Below, in pieces: positions 1-12,900 of a DNA stretch of 64,000 nucleotides. A program made the position numbers and the translations under genes. The first letter of the stretch is position 1. Every line of letters begins with the position of its first letter. Source of the stretch: Leptogorgia sarmentosa (Eukaryota); assembly GCA_964658305.1 (NCBI GenBank), contig OZ210885.1, forward strand, positions 11,594,001-11,658,000, in the 5' to 3' direction. The notes under the pieces were generated by a model. It had not been told where the DNA came from, did no database searches, and saw nothing but the letters and a program-made list of their open reading frames with translations.

Positions 1-920
1 TTTTGTGCTTTTATGGGTTCCAAAACGCTTTGAAAAACTGTAAAATATGAACAGTAATCATACCACGGGTCATGGCCGCTGATTCAAATTGTACGACCAA
101 AAACTTGGCAATTTGGTGTTGTATTTTGATTTTCCCGATCAAATACTCTTTCATGTTATTTTAGGAATGTCTACAGGGGTTTTCCCTAAGGTTTCACACC
201 ACTAAGTACTCCAAAACATGTCGCAATACCTCATTTGAAGGCAAAATGTCGCACAGTTTGTCCGAAGCTCGATGGTCTTTTGAGGATGAAGTATCGCTTA
301 ATTACTGAATTTACGGCATACAGCAGATTATAATGAAAGAAAGACAATCTGTGCGATGGATATACCTTCTCCCCTTATTAAACAGTGCTATACCGGCCCT
401 GTATTTGGCTATTTGTTTCAAATGTGTCTATTTAACAGCCAAATTTAATGCAGACTGGTCGTCATTTAGTGGTAGTCCAGGGCAAGTGCATTGTTTATCC
501 GTCAGACATTGTGTCCGAGATTGATTTTGTTTCGGATAGGCACTGATATAGAACTAATAAAAGTGATAGAGATAGGGAGCGGACACTTTAAATCATTGCT
601 ATAGTGGTCTGGCACAAGTTTAGAAGGAACAGAGGGCGTAGATCTGTAGATATTGACAGGTTTGGATAAACGAGTAGATGGTTTTATTGGTCTGAACCGC
701 TAAGTTTTTTGAAACCACGTGTCAGACCGCTGACTGTCACAGATTTCTGGCCATATTTTTCATGTACTGCAACAAATTAAATTTGAAGTGCAGCTCAACT
801 AAAAATAACGTTTGACGATCACGAAATTTGAATTGCAGCTCAATCTATGCAACAAGTATTACATAGTAACACGGCCAAAAATAACGTTTGACAATCTCGT
901 TTGGAAAATTATATACATAC

Positions 921-3900
921 CTCGTCGTCAGAAGCAATTATAATATCATCCGAGCACGGCACGAATTCTAAGGCGGTAATGGAAACAGAACTAATGTTCT
1001 CATGTGACCATATTAACGTCGGCAAGTTTTCTTCAACATTCCAAAGCTTCACAGACCCACCGATAGACCCCGATGCAAAGCGACGTGAAGGATCATGACC
1101 TCCTACCTCGCCTTTAACTTGAGAAATGGCATCCTCGTGTGCTGGGAATTTCAACTGCGAGTTATTGTTAAGATGGAACCATAACAGTTCTCCGTCATCA
1201 CAACCAAGCAATGCATATTGTGACCCAAGAGCAGTAATGCAAGTGACTTTAACATCTGGTTGACCCAATTTCATACTGGCCTCGATATCATTAAAAGTTC
1301 TAAGTTCGATTCTGTTTACCTTATCAACAAAAACGAAACGGACATCATCACTTAATAAGCAGACAAAACGTATGGCGACTCCCGATTCGGACTTTGCGAA
1401 TTTAACAATTTTAGAACACTCTATGTCGACCAGCGACAATGTTCCTGAACTGCTTCCAGACAGAGCAAACTTCCCATTTGATGTGATGTCAATTGCTGTA
1501 ACTATCGAGTCGTCAGGGTGACCTGCATGAAGGAAGTAAAATTTTTATTTGAAGTATTCAAGTATGCGACGCTTCAGCGTTTTGCCAGCGCGGGCGGAGC
1601 GAACGATTTTAACTTAGTCAAAAATCCGTCGCGCGGTCACGCCAAGAAAGTTGAACGTAGTTCCACTTCTAAGTGTGTCCGCGCGTGCAAAATTAGACAG
1701 AGAACGCTCAGATTAAACACCCATAGCAAAAGTTGAAACATGTTTGCCGTGCGGGCAAAGCGACTGCAATGGAAAACTGCCGTAAATCACACGCATTTCA
1801 TCCGAATTCAATCACTTTCACCTGATAAATAGTACGTACATTGCAGCAACTTTAATTTGAATGGCCATAATATGTTTTTTATTGCTATCCCCCAAAACGT
1901 CAGCTGAGGTTTAAATCTTGAGGTATGTTCGCACAGCGCGACTAGTTAGGCTCGTTTTAGACGTCTAATTTGCGTCAAATTCAAACAATGAGGGAAGTAA
2001 TCTCGTGAATGATACGGGCTTCAACTTTATTTGGAAATCAGCAGATAAAAGCGACCGAAAAATGGCTTGAAAAATTGCAATTGACATCCTTCATATGTCG
2101 TGAAGGCACATGGATGGGAAACTTACTGTAGCAAAATACCCGTTTAGAAAAAGATGAGATCAAAAATATAGCAAGATGAAATTTTTGAAATCTCGTAGCT
2201 TTTGTATTCTTTCGCTACATGCAACACGACTAAAAACGGATACAGGTTTGTAGATACTCGTGACGAAACCGTTTTAATTGTATTCTCCGTAATCGTTTAA
2301 TACATAATCAAAACAGAAAATAGCTTGGAAAGCTAGCCATGCAAGACAATTTCAGAGCTAACACGTAAATCGAATTCAATATTTGACTCATTCACGAGTG
2401 AATGCAGTGGTTTTTCAGGAAAAATATAATCTCATTTGAAACGGATATTTCCCACATAAGTAAAATATTATACCTCAAATTCAAATTGTCCAATGAAAAA
2501 ACCGCATTTGTACCACGTGATAGTGTGATTTTTTACGGTATTTCACTCAAATTCATGATTTCGCAATCCAGCGTGGGATACTATAATATCCCACGGCAGA
2601 TCCACCGTGGGATATTATAGTATCCCACGCTCACGCGTGACGCGTGGGCAACACGCGCTTAGCATAGCTAATTAGCTATGCAATATGGCGGGCGAGCAAG
2701 ACTCGGACGAAGAAATAAATAGACTTCTTGAAAACAATGATGCAAAAATGTTTCGTTCGGTATAATATATCATTTATAGACCTTCCGCTCGGGGGATTCG
2801 GCGTAATATTTCCCTCAGTAATGATATTTTCCTCGGGGCAAAGCCCCTCGGAAAATATCATCACTTCGGGAAATATTACGCCGAATCCCCCTCGCTCCGG
2901 GTCTATAAAAGATAAAAATCCTGTAGTCGCATCAAAGACTTAAAGTACTTAGAATTTTCAAATAGTCCTTTATTTACCCACCTGCATTATGGTCGATCCA
3001 ACTCTTAGTTGAAAGTTTCCGGTGGAGAAACACATTTTTCTGAACCGAGCCAAACAAAAGATCTTTGCCGTCGGGTGATATTACAGGTGCGACCCTCGGA
3101 GGTACAGTCGATACTTGCAAAGAGTCGAGATTGATTTCACAAATATGCATATTAGGGTTGCATGTGTAAATCATGTTGCGATCGCATGCTATTTCCACTG
3201 TATAGGACGCGGGTAAAATGACTTCTTTCAAAGACGCATCAGGATTTTGCCAGTCCCAGATGAACACATGGTTATCATTGCATCCAATTATAACTTGCAA
3301 TCCATCAGAACTAAAGCGAACAATCTCAGGTGTGCCATCGCGATCAATTCTATTGATCACACTGCCATCAGACAAATTCCACACCTTAAAAAATAAAAGG
3401 AAAAATTAATATTCTGTATGTAGCTTAAAACTTGTGATATAATGAATTATCAAAACTAATTGTGAATATAATAACTAACAAGCAAAATAAGTCTCGTTAC
3501 TTATTTTATGCGTGCTACTCAAAGCGATTACTGGAAGCCAGTTTTTGAAGATGTAGAAAGAGCATAAAAAGTTAGTTAATACGTTCCAGATTAGTTTTTA
3601 CGTTTTATTTTCGAAAATATACGTACACTTGAGCAATAATATGACTGAACAAAGCTTCTGTAATGCATAAATAAACCAATGGCGGCCATATTGGTCTGAA
3701 TAAATTTCCTCCAAAAATGGCGTCTTTTTCCTTTTAAATTTGGCCGTGAATAACTAATGAGGTCACACCAAGATGGACGCCGTGTGATTCATGATAAAGC
3801 TTTTAAACGTTCTAGAAACCATTAGAAAAGTTATGACAAGCTCTGTGTATGTCTTAAACTGCAAAAGACATTTTCTTTATAATTCGACCATGCATGTTGT

Positions 3901-6900
3901 GATACCATTTACGGAAATTGCGATCGATTTCACTCATTTTAGTATTTCATCTCATTACGGAACTTCAAAATTATTGACTGAATTCAAAAGGATGATAAAT
4001 TCAGTACTTCGAGATCAGTGGGTTAAAGGGCTCGAACAGCAAGTTTTGCCATTTCATGAAAAGAAGTCGCGCGAAAGTCCCAGAAAGCCATCTTAATGAA
4101 CAACATTTACAGTTGTACTGCTTTGCATTACGAGCGACGATAATTGAGATATTTTACACCTTTTATTTAAAACGTTCTCTTGTTTCAACGCGTAACTCGA
4201 ATAGCAAGGGATCGAGTTTATGGTAAAATGAAAGGGAAATCGTCGAACATGTTTTCGGGCATTTTCAGGGCTGATTTTGTTCAATTGGTATTATCATGCA
4301 TGATCATGTGGCAAAAACTTAATATCAGTTCACAACTGTATCAAAACTGTATCTAATATCAGTTCACAACTTTTGCGAAAGACAACTAATTCACGACTTC
4401 ATTAACTTCAGGTGAGTGGGGGGGGGGGGGGGGGGGGGGTCCAGAGATCTCATCTTACGGCGGGCCTGCTTTAATCCTAAGATTCAGTACCAACTGCGAC
4501 GTTAGGAATTAGGCTTATGAGTTTGGAATAAGAAATATAATTTCCATCACTCTAACACTTTACCAGTGACATAATCTTGGTAATGACTTTGTTCAATTTG
4601 TGTCTTCAAATTGTATGTATGCATTTAACAGTTTAATTGCATGAATAGAGCTGCGTGAATAAAGCTACTGCAGAAAGTTTGACTGGTTTGCTTGAGTTCA
4701 GGAGTCTATTGCAATTTTCGTTATACGAATACTGAAACGGCCATGCAAATTGTGGAAAATTCAGAAAGGGCCATTTACATGTTTGCAAATATTTCAAGTT
4801 TCAACCGTTTTAAAAATGGTCGGAAAGCTATTAAATCGCAGATACGGAGCAGGCAATTGATAAAAAGCAGGCAATTTCAAAATATTTAAGTTTTATTCCC
4901 GTTGGGTTTAACGGGTTGTTTTAGGAAATCAACATGAGCAACAGTCTTGCTCACTACCTAAACGATAGGATAGCGCAATCTTACATGTGAACAACCATCC
5001 CGTTACAGGAACTTTATAAATTGTTACTGCATGAGACCTCCTCCATTACACGAGCGGGGGGAATTGAAATTTGATTTCTTTCACCAGTTGACAAATATTA
5101 CTATTTACGCATGCGTTGCCCACAATGAATTTTTCCACGATTCTTGCCCCATCTAGTCATCGATTATATACAGGATTATCTCGACCGTCATATTAATTGG
5201 ACTATATCAAATGTCAATTATACGTAACTACATGTATATAGATACCGATCTTGAAAAATATATTTCTTGTGTCGCATCACGAATACTTAAACTCGTACAT
5301 GACAGAACTTCAGCATTCAGTAAGTTGTTGCTGGGTCTTCCAGCAAGACAAAATACTAGGTAGTAAGTATTTTTCCCGTATAGATGACAAATTTGGTGGG
5401 GATTTTAGTAATGGGGATATTTTACGATCGGGTTAATCTTGTTCCTGATTATCCAACTACAATACAAATAAAAGTTGTATTTATAGTACTCAGTTGTGTT
5501 GGTAGTGGCTTTATTAACAGGCAGCAAAGAGTCTACGCACTACCTAAATAATTTAAACAGATTTTACGTTTCGAGCAAAGGCCCTTCGCTGGAATCGAAT
5601 ATTGTGTTAAACTAATTCCCGACGAGGGCCCTTTTGCTGGAAACGTCAAATCCGTTTGTATCCCTTATAGGTATTGAGTAGACCTTTATTTGTTGTTGAT
5701 GTTGCCATCTGCTACCTGATGATGATCACAAATATTCATACTTCAGTTATTATCTATCATGGGTTATGTGTATGTTGACCTGAAACCGTCATCATATAGG
5801 TCTGAATGAAGTTGATGTATAGTTTGTCTTAAATCTTGCATGAAAATCCATTCCATAACACATGGTAAATTAGTAACTTACTGAATCTGTCGAAATTTAA
5901 AGCTGTTTATGAAATTGAAAGTCAATGCTTCAATATTCGTATCCATACACTGATATACAATTTTCCTAGACTATTTATAAAAATGTAACCTACTTCAAAC
6001 GGTCATTCTTATGTTTCCTTACATGTATTATATGTAAATGTACATTTCTTTCGGTTCTGGTTTAAAATATGTCAGTACGAAGTCCTGGAATGGATTAAAT
6101 GTGAAGTTACAGGTTTCAAAACAAAGCGCATAACGCGGATGTCGTGCAGTTTAAAGCCGGTTTTCCACTAGCGATTTTTGTCGCGCGAATCGATTTTTTT
6201 CTTTTGTCTTGATGCAATTAGTTCCAGATGGTTCCAGTCGAAAGCTCAAGGACAATGGAAAATATTCGCTTCGGGCGACAAAAATCGCTTGTGGAAAACC
6301 GGCTTAAGCCAGAGTTTCCAGTCCATGCCTTCGATTTTCAGGGTCTGATACAAACCTTCTTTAATTTTAAAAACACATCTGATATAGCATCAGAAAATCA
6401 AAGTTATAGTTTATGCCAATCAACCGAAAATCTGCGTATAACATATACTGACACCTGCACGCTGATGATTTCCTCTGTGTTTTCTTCATAAATTATTAAT
6501 TAAATTATTAATTCACAAGTATATGTACCCATGTTTTGTAAACATCGTATACATTCCTAATAATGAATAGGCCGAGTCGAAACGTGGAACAAACAATTCC
6601 AAAAAATTCTTGTGTTTGGATGTTTCTATTGTTTTGTATTTCTATATGCACAGCATGACTATAGTAGCCTTGTGTACTACACCTTTATCGAGGACTTCGT
6701 CGAGACCTTGAGGATATCCCCATCCTTTGACAGCGACACGACATAGCGATCATCAGCAGAGACTGCAACATGTTTTGCCCGTTCAAGGTCACCTATTGAT
6801 CAGGAAGGAAAAAATAATCAATTCAGAAATATTTATATGAATACAAGGAATAGTATAGAGATACGGAATATTTGATACACACAGACGACAATGATAGACA

Positions 6901-9900
6901 CAACACGAGCGAAACATCAAAATATAAAATATCTTAGCTTATTGTTTTGTTTTCAAGGAGGTTTATATCGTCATTCTGCATGAAACTAGTTGAAATTTTG
7001 TAATTAGGGAATACAAATCAAAAGGCAATTAACGTAGGCTTAATTAATCCACGAAAGCCTGCTATCCATTCTCCATTCAACTGTAGTTAACCACCGGTTT
7101 TCTGTCTTCATATCAGTGCAGAGCGTTGCAGACAAGAACGTTTCTCATTAACTATTCCGATTTGCTAATTATACACGAGTATCTACAAGATTTGAATTTC
7201 CAGGTAATTTTGCTCTACGTAAAAATATTAGTTTTTGAACATGGTACAGTACTTGAAGCACAAAAATTGACAAGGTTGAGGCTAGGTTCATATGAATTGA
7301 GTAAAATGAAAATGAATTTAGTGAAATGAAATGAAAACGAGATCGTCCGCAACCTATTTATAAGTAAGCTGACCCAAATAGACAATTTGAACTATACCTC
7401 TGACAGAAAAGCACTGTGTGTGAAGATTCCAAACTTTGAAAGTACCATCTTTTGATGCGGAAATCCATCTAGTGTCATCACGAGACATTTTAATATCTGT
7501 GATATCATTTGAATGATCAGAGAAACTGTTTTGTTCCATGTACGCAGCAGTTCCCAGGATCCAAACCCTGATACTTCCATCCAATGACGCTGTCAATACC
7601 TTCTTCGCATTGGGAATTATTGCAAGACCGCTGAAAGATTACAAGTTGATTGTTTATTTCTAATAATAATTTTTTCTACTGAAAAAAGCAAAGACGATCT
7701 CTGTCAGACCAATGTTATCAAAATATGCTGCGAAATTCATTCATAAATGATCAGGGAAATATGTCGTATTCAACAAATGTTAGTGCAAATGAAAACTACA
7801 TCTATGGTCACTTCATATTTTGGAAAAATCTTTCTATTACTATGTCGACAACAATTAAGAAGATAGATAGATAGATAAAACCTTTATTTACACAGGGTAG
7901 TCCCGTCAGTAATAAAAATTGCTGTTATCAATGGGACCCCTATAGACATATTGTGGAGTTCACTACTCTTGGTAATCAACGAAAGCAACAATATAAGATA
8001 GAGTAATGATATAGATGTACAATGGGTAAAATTATGTTGCATTGGATGTCATACGCTTCTGACTAAATTTTAGTCTAAGCAAGATGAAAAAAATCTTTTA
8101 CCAATTAGTAATACTGCAAAATTCAATCGCAAAAGGTTGCAAAGTACGGAAAATACAGTCCTTCAAAGTTGACAAATTTGTATACTTTTTGTATTTGCGT
8201 GAAATAAAATCTAATTTAATTATAATTTTCAGCGCGGGTGATACAAATCGATACCAATCTGCAACTTCGCAGGGCTATATTTTCCGTATAAAGCGTTTTC
8301 CGCATTCAACACCCAGGAAGCGGGCGAGTGGGCCGGGCAGGCTACTGCACCCCCCTCCCCCCGATTACTTGCCAAAATTCTGGCAACGATCTTTTTGGAA
8401 AATGAAATATATGAAGGAATCTAGACTTCAACAAGGTTAATTAGGTCTCCCCCCAAACCCGCCAAGAGCGTAATCACTAATATGCATTTTCAAGCGTCCA
8501 ATCGTGAGTTCCTTTTGATGGGCCTTGCATTATCCAACATCTCACAACCAAACATTTAGTTTTTCTAATTTTGATAACCTCACAAAATGTCCTTCGTTTA
8601 TCCCTCATTAAAATCTTTCTAAAGCGCAAGTCGTCCATTGCAAATAAGCTTAAAGTATGTAGCACCACTATAGCCGGGAGCCAATTAGTATAATGGTGTA
8701 ATAAATAGAAATTCTTATAAAATTAATTTCATGGAGTTCATGCTCGCTATCTTTTCAAGTAATGAAAAACCGATTTCAAGATGCAGTACGTCTTAGTCTG
8801 ACTGGAAAATATTGTATTAAATGTATACAATGGATAAGACAGAATATGGAGCGCCTTAAGCTTAATGTTATATATTGGCTCTTCGTTATTGCCTTGTCAT
8901 ATAACGATGCTTTCGAGAAAATAGCGGTAAATTAAATAGTTCCTAGAGTGAACCCACCTGATTTTCGCGGAATGACCTTCATAACAGGAAAGGGACTTTC
9001 CAGTGTGGAAACACCACAACCTCACACTTCCTCTACTGTCTCCAGAGATAATATACTTTTTATCATCGCTCACAGCAATACTGGTAACACGGGAGTGAAC
9101 GTCAAGAGTACCAATTTCCTGATACGTTTTTAAATCCCAAATTTTTATTGTGCTATCGTGTGAACGAGACACAAGCATTGGATTGTTCTTTCCTGAATCT
9201 AAACGAGAAACGTCGCACTTTAGTCGAACTGGCACAAAAAAACAAGGGAAAGCAAAGTACATGATATCCTAAATATATTCAATAACTCGATCGTTGACAG
9301 AAGAAATTTTCATATATGCATTCTGCATGTCCAGGCAATGGATTCTGCAGTAGTCCATATACAGAGAGTTGATTTTGTTGGTACCGTTAGGATATTGAAG
9401 AGAAATTTACGCGAAAAAGAAATTCCAATGTGTCAGGATAAACTTGAAATACTCAAAATATGGCCGAACCGTCTGGCACGTACAATAGTCATAATCACGA
9501 ATGAATTGTGCAAAGTAACATCATTCTTCTAGTTAGTTTTGCATATTATGTTAAAGCTCATTACCTCCGCAAGGAGGTTATGTAATCATCTTGGTTTGTC
9601 TGTATGGTGTGTGTGTATGTTGGTCTGTGAACACGATAACTTGAGAAATATGGAACATCTTGCACAATTGTTTGGCATTGCACAAGGAAGAGATGATTTT
9701 GGTTCAATTTGACTGAGAATCAAGGAAAACATCTATGAAATAAAACTTTTGTTGCTTCATTTTTTCAAATATGAATGCGTAATGAAATTAATTTATATTC
9801 AGAATGTGTTCTGTGAATTAGGTATCAAATTTGGGTGAAAATTTATTAAGCCCCCACCATCTACTTAGTCCCCTCTTCAGATAACCGCTCACCTGAACGC

Positions 9901-12900
9901 AGGCAAACGTAAATAATCCCCCAAGGGGCTAAATAGAGGAAATACGGTAGTCTTTCTTGAAGCCACTCGAATAGTTAATTTCGCAATACGTGTTTAATTG
10001 GATTTTATACAAAACAAACTTCCTTCTCGCTTATAAAAAATAAAACGCAGTCGTAATCAACGTTTAATTTGGGCCGCAAAGTTCTAAAAGTTTGTTGGAG
10101 TCATTTCTTAAATCTATGATATTATAAGTGTTAAAACGAAGTTTAACTTCTGAAAAGTCTAAGAAGTTTTTTCCTGAGGAAAGATTAGAGTACCCCAATT
10201 TATAGTTGCTATTTCTACCTATATCAATACTATGTACTGTAAAGTTGCGGAAAAGTTTAATAAAAGATCGTAAGAACTCTGCGTCGGTGCAATTACTCAA
10301 AACCAGAGTGTAACAGTACTGAACAGTACGTACACTGTAGCATGTACCGCAATGGGAAATTTTCATTGCTGCATTACATCATTATTAGTTTGCACATGTA
10401 CTCATACTTATGTTTGGGAACATAACTGTGTTTAACTGCTCTTAACTGTTGCCTAACTGCTATTTCATGTCAATGAGTAGCTGTGATAATTGACTGATTA
10501 AATTCAATTATTATCACATTTACTCAAGCAACTAACCTACCAAGTTCTAACAGTACAGCACAATGTTTGTCACAGCAATTATAAAACAGGTCAAACTATA
10601 TCAGTTTTGTCTGTTGGAATAAGAGGATCTGAGGTCAAGATGGACAAGATATGTCAAACGACACCTGGCTATATATCTTGGCAATGGACAGTATATCTAA
10701 AACAGTATTACTTTACAAACAACATTCATGTTGGCTTCCATTTGATACTTTATCTAGATGATTTCATGAGTCGAAAACAAATGGTATAAAATGCTGTCAT
10801 ATTCTGTTGTCAGCTTGTAATTCAATTCATTCTCCTGTAATTGAATTCTATTATATATTGAAGTTCAATTCGATACGTGTGCATTAATTAGATACATGTG
10901 AAACAGCTAGAATTGTTCTTGGTTGATGTATCCCTATGAAATGCATTTCAGAGCAGTGGCGTAGGATGGTGGGGCACTTGGGGCCAGGTGACCCACCCCC
11001 CAACTTTCACAGTTATAAGTGCCTTTTTAAAAAGAAATACCCTTCCTTCATGCCTAGGATTTGTACAGCTTTCTGATAGACATGAGAATTTGCCCAAATG
11101 TACTAAAATATTTTGTAGGATTCCATCATTCACTAGCTTTTAAATGTTTTTTTTTCAAGATGCCACCTTGCTGATTGCAAGTTGCAAATACAGGAATAAG
11201 TTTTCCCAAACAAAAATATCATGTCTTCTTGTTGCTAAGTTATTGAAGTTAAAGTTGAAACTTATCCCTTTCTTCCCCCCCCCCCCCCCTCCCCCACAAA
11301 CTACAACTTTATTCCTATGTCCTTGTTTCAGAGCTTGCTTCTATTTTTACGGCACACTATTATTACTTACAAGAGGTCTCAACGTTAATAAAATATACAA
11401 TACCCTAAATGCCAAGTCTTTTGAATCTAGTTGTACAGTATCACAAGTTATACATTAAGGTCTGGGACACAGGGTAATCAGTTGAAATAAACACACACAA
11501 GCAAATTGTCTCAAAGTATTTTTAGAAAGCTAGCATAGATAAATCTAATATCTATTTTAAAATACTCTTAGCATATACAAATACAACCAGCCTAAAAATT
11601 TGAAAGTCCTAAAATAGTGCTTGTACCATAGGTAGCCCAACGCACGCATGACGTAGTATTAATTAGTATAGTATTATAAGGTTGGCAAGTAAACAATAAT
11701 ATGACTCGCTAGCGCTTAAAACAAGGCGAAAAAATGAACCTCTTGCAAACAAACTTCGCTAAAAAATAGCAGCCCCTACTTCTAGGATAGTATTACTAAA
11801 ATTGCCGTTTGAAATAACGAATACGCGATCCTATTGGTGGGCTGTCATTTATAACCAATAGGATTGCGTATTCGTCATTTCAAACGGCAATTTTTGCACG
11901 GCAACAGGCATCCAGCATCGAGACACGGCAAATTGAGAGAAACTTTTCGTATTTTTTCGACTTTTTCACACGTTTTGTTGCCAAAAAACGTTGTACATAT
12001 TTAGTAACACTATCCTAGAAGTAGGGGCTGGTATTTTTTAGCGAAGTTTGTCGCAAGAGGTTCATTTTTTCGCCTTGTTTTAAGCGGTAGTGAGTTATAT
12101 TATTGTTTACTTGCCAACCTTATAATACTATACTAATGAATACTACGTCATGCGTGCGTTGGGCTACCTATGCTTGTTCATGAAAGCACTGGTTACCACC
12201 AGACTAACATTTAAGGAAAGAAGGAATTAAGGAATTGCTTTCTTTTTAGGCATAATTTTTAATTTTACAATATTAGAATGCTGAACGTAACTTACAATAA
12301 AAAACAATCAGGTATTTTTGTGCAATAATTGGGAAAATTTATTCCAAAACATGATATTCCCCTCCAATCCTTGCTTTATTGAACCAATGTGTCTTTAAAG
12401 GAAGTTTATAATAAAGAATATGTTTTATCCGCAAGAAATAACAAATATAATTCTGAAGGGACTCTATTGAAGTAAGATCTTCAACATGTTATGAAATATT
12501 AACTCATACAGTATTGCATACCTGTTGCGACAACACATGTCACCCGATCTGTATGGCCAACGAAAATGGCCTCAAAACTTGTTGAAAGGTTTTCTCCATT
12601 AGATACACAATACACTTTCAGGCCTACAACGCATGATGGATACTCGTCAGACTGATGTTTCAATAATGTCTAACCCTAGACGATTTTGTGAAATCTTGTT
12701 TTTAATTGTGTTCCCGGCTCTCCGGCGCTGACATGCTCTGGCTGTTACTGGCTTATGTTTTTACACTGCATTTCACTGCGCTCTACACGACGTTTACAGT
12801 TAACCGCTGGTTTGAAGATACGCAGTCGCTGGAATCCTTAAACCAGCTGTCGCAATTATTGTTTGTCATGTTTGAATATGAACAATTTGTACTTTTGGCG

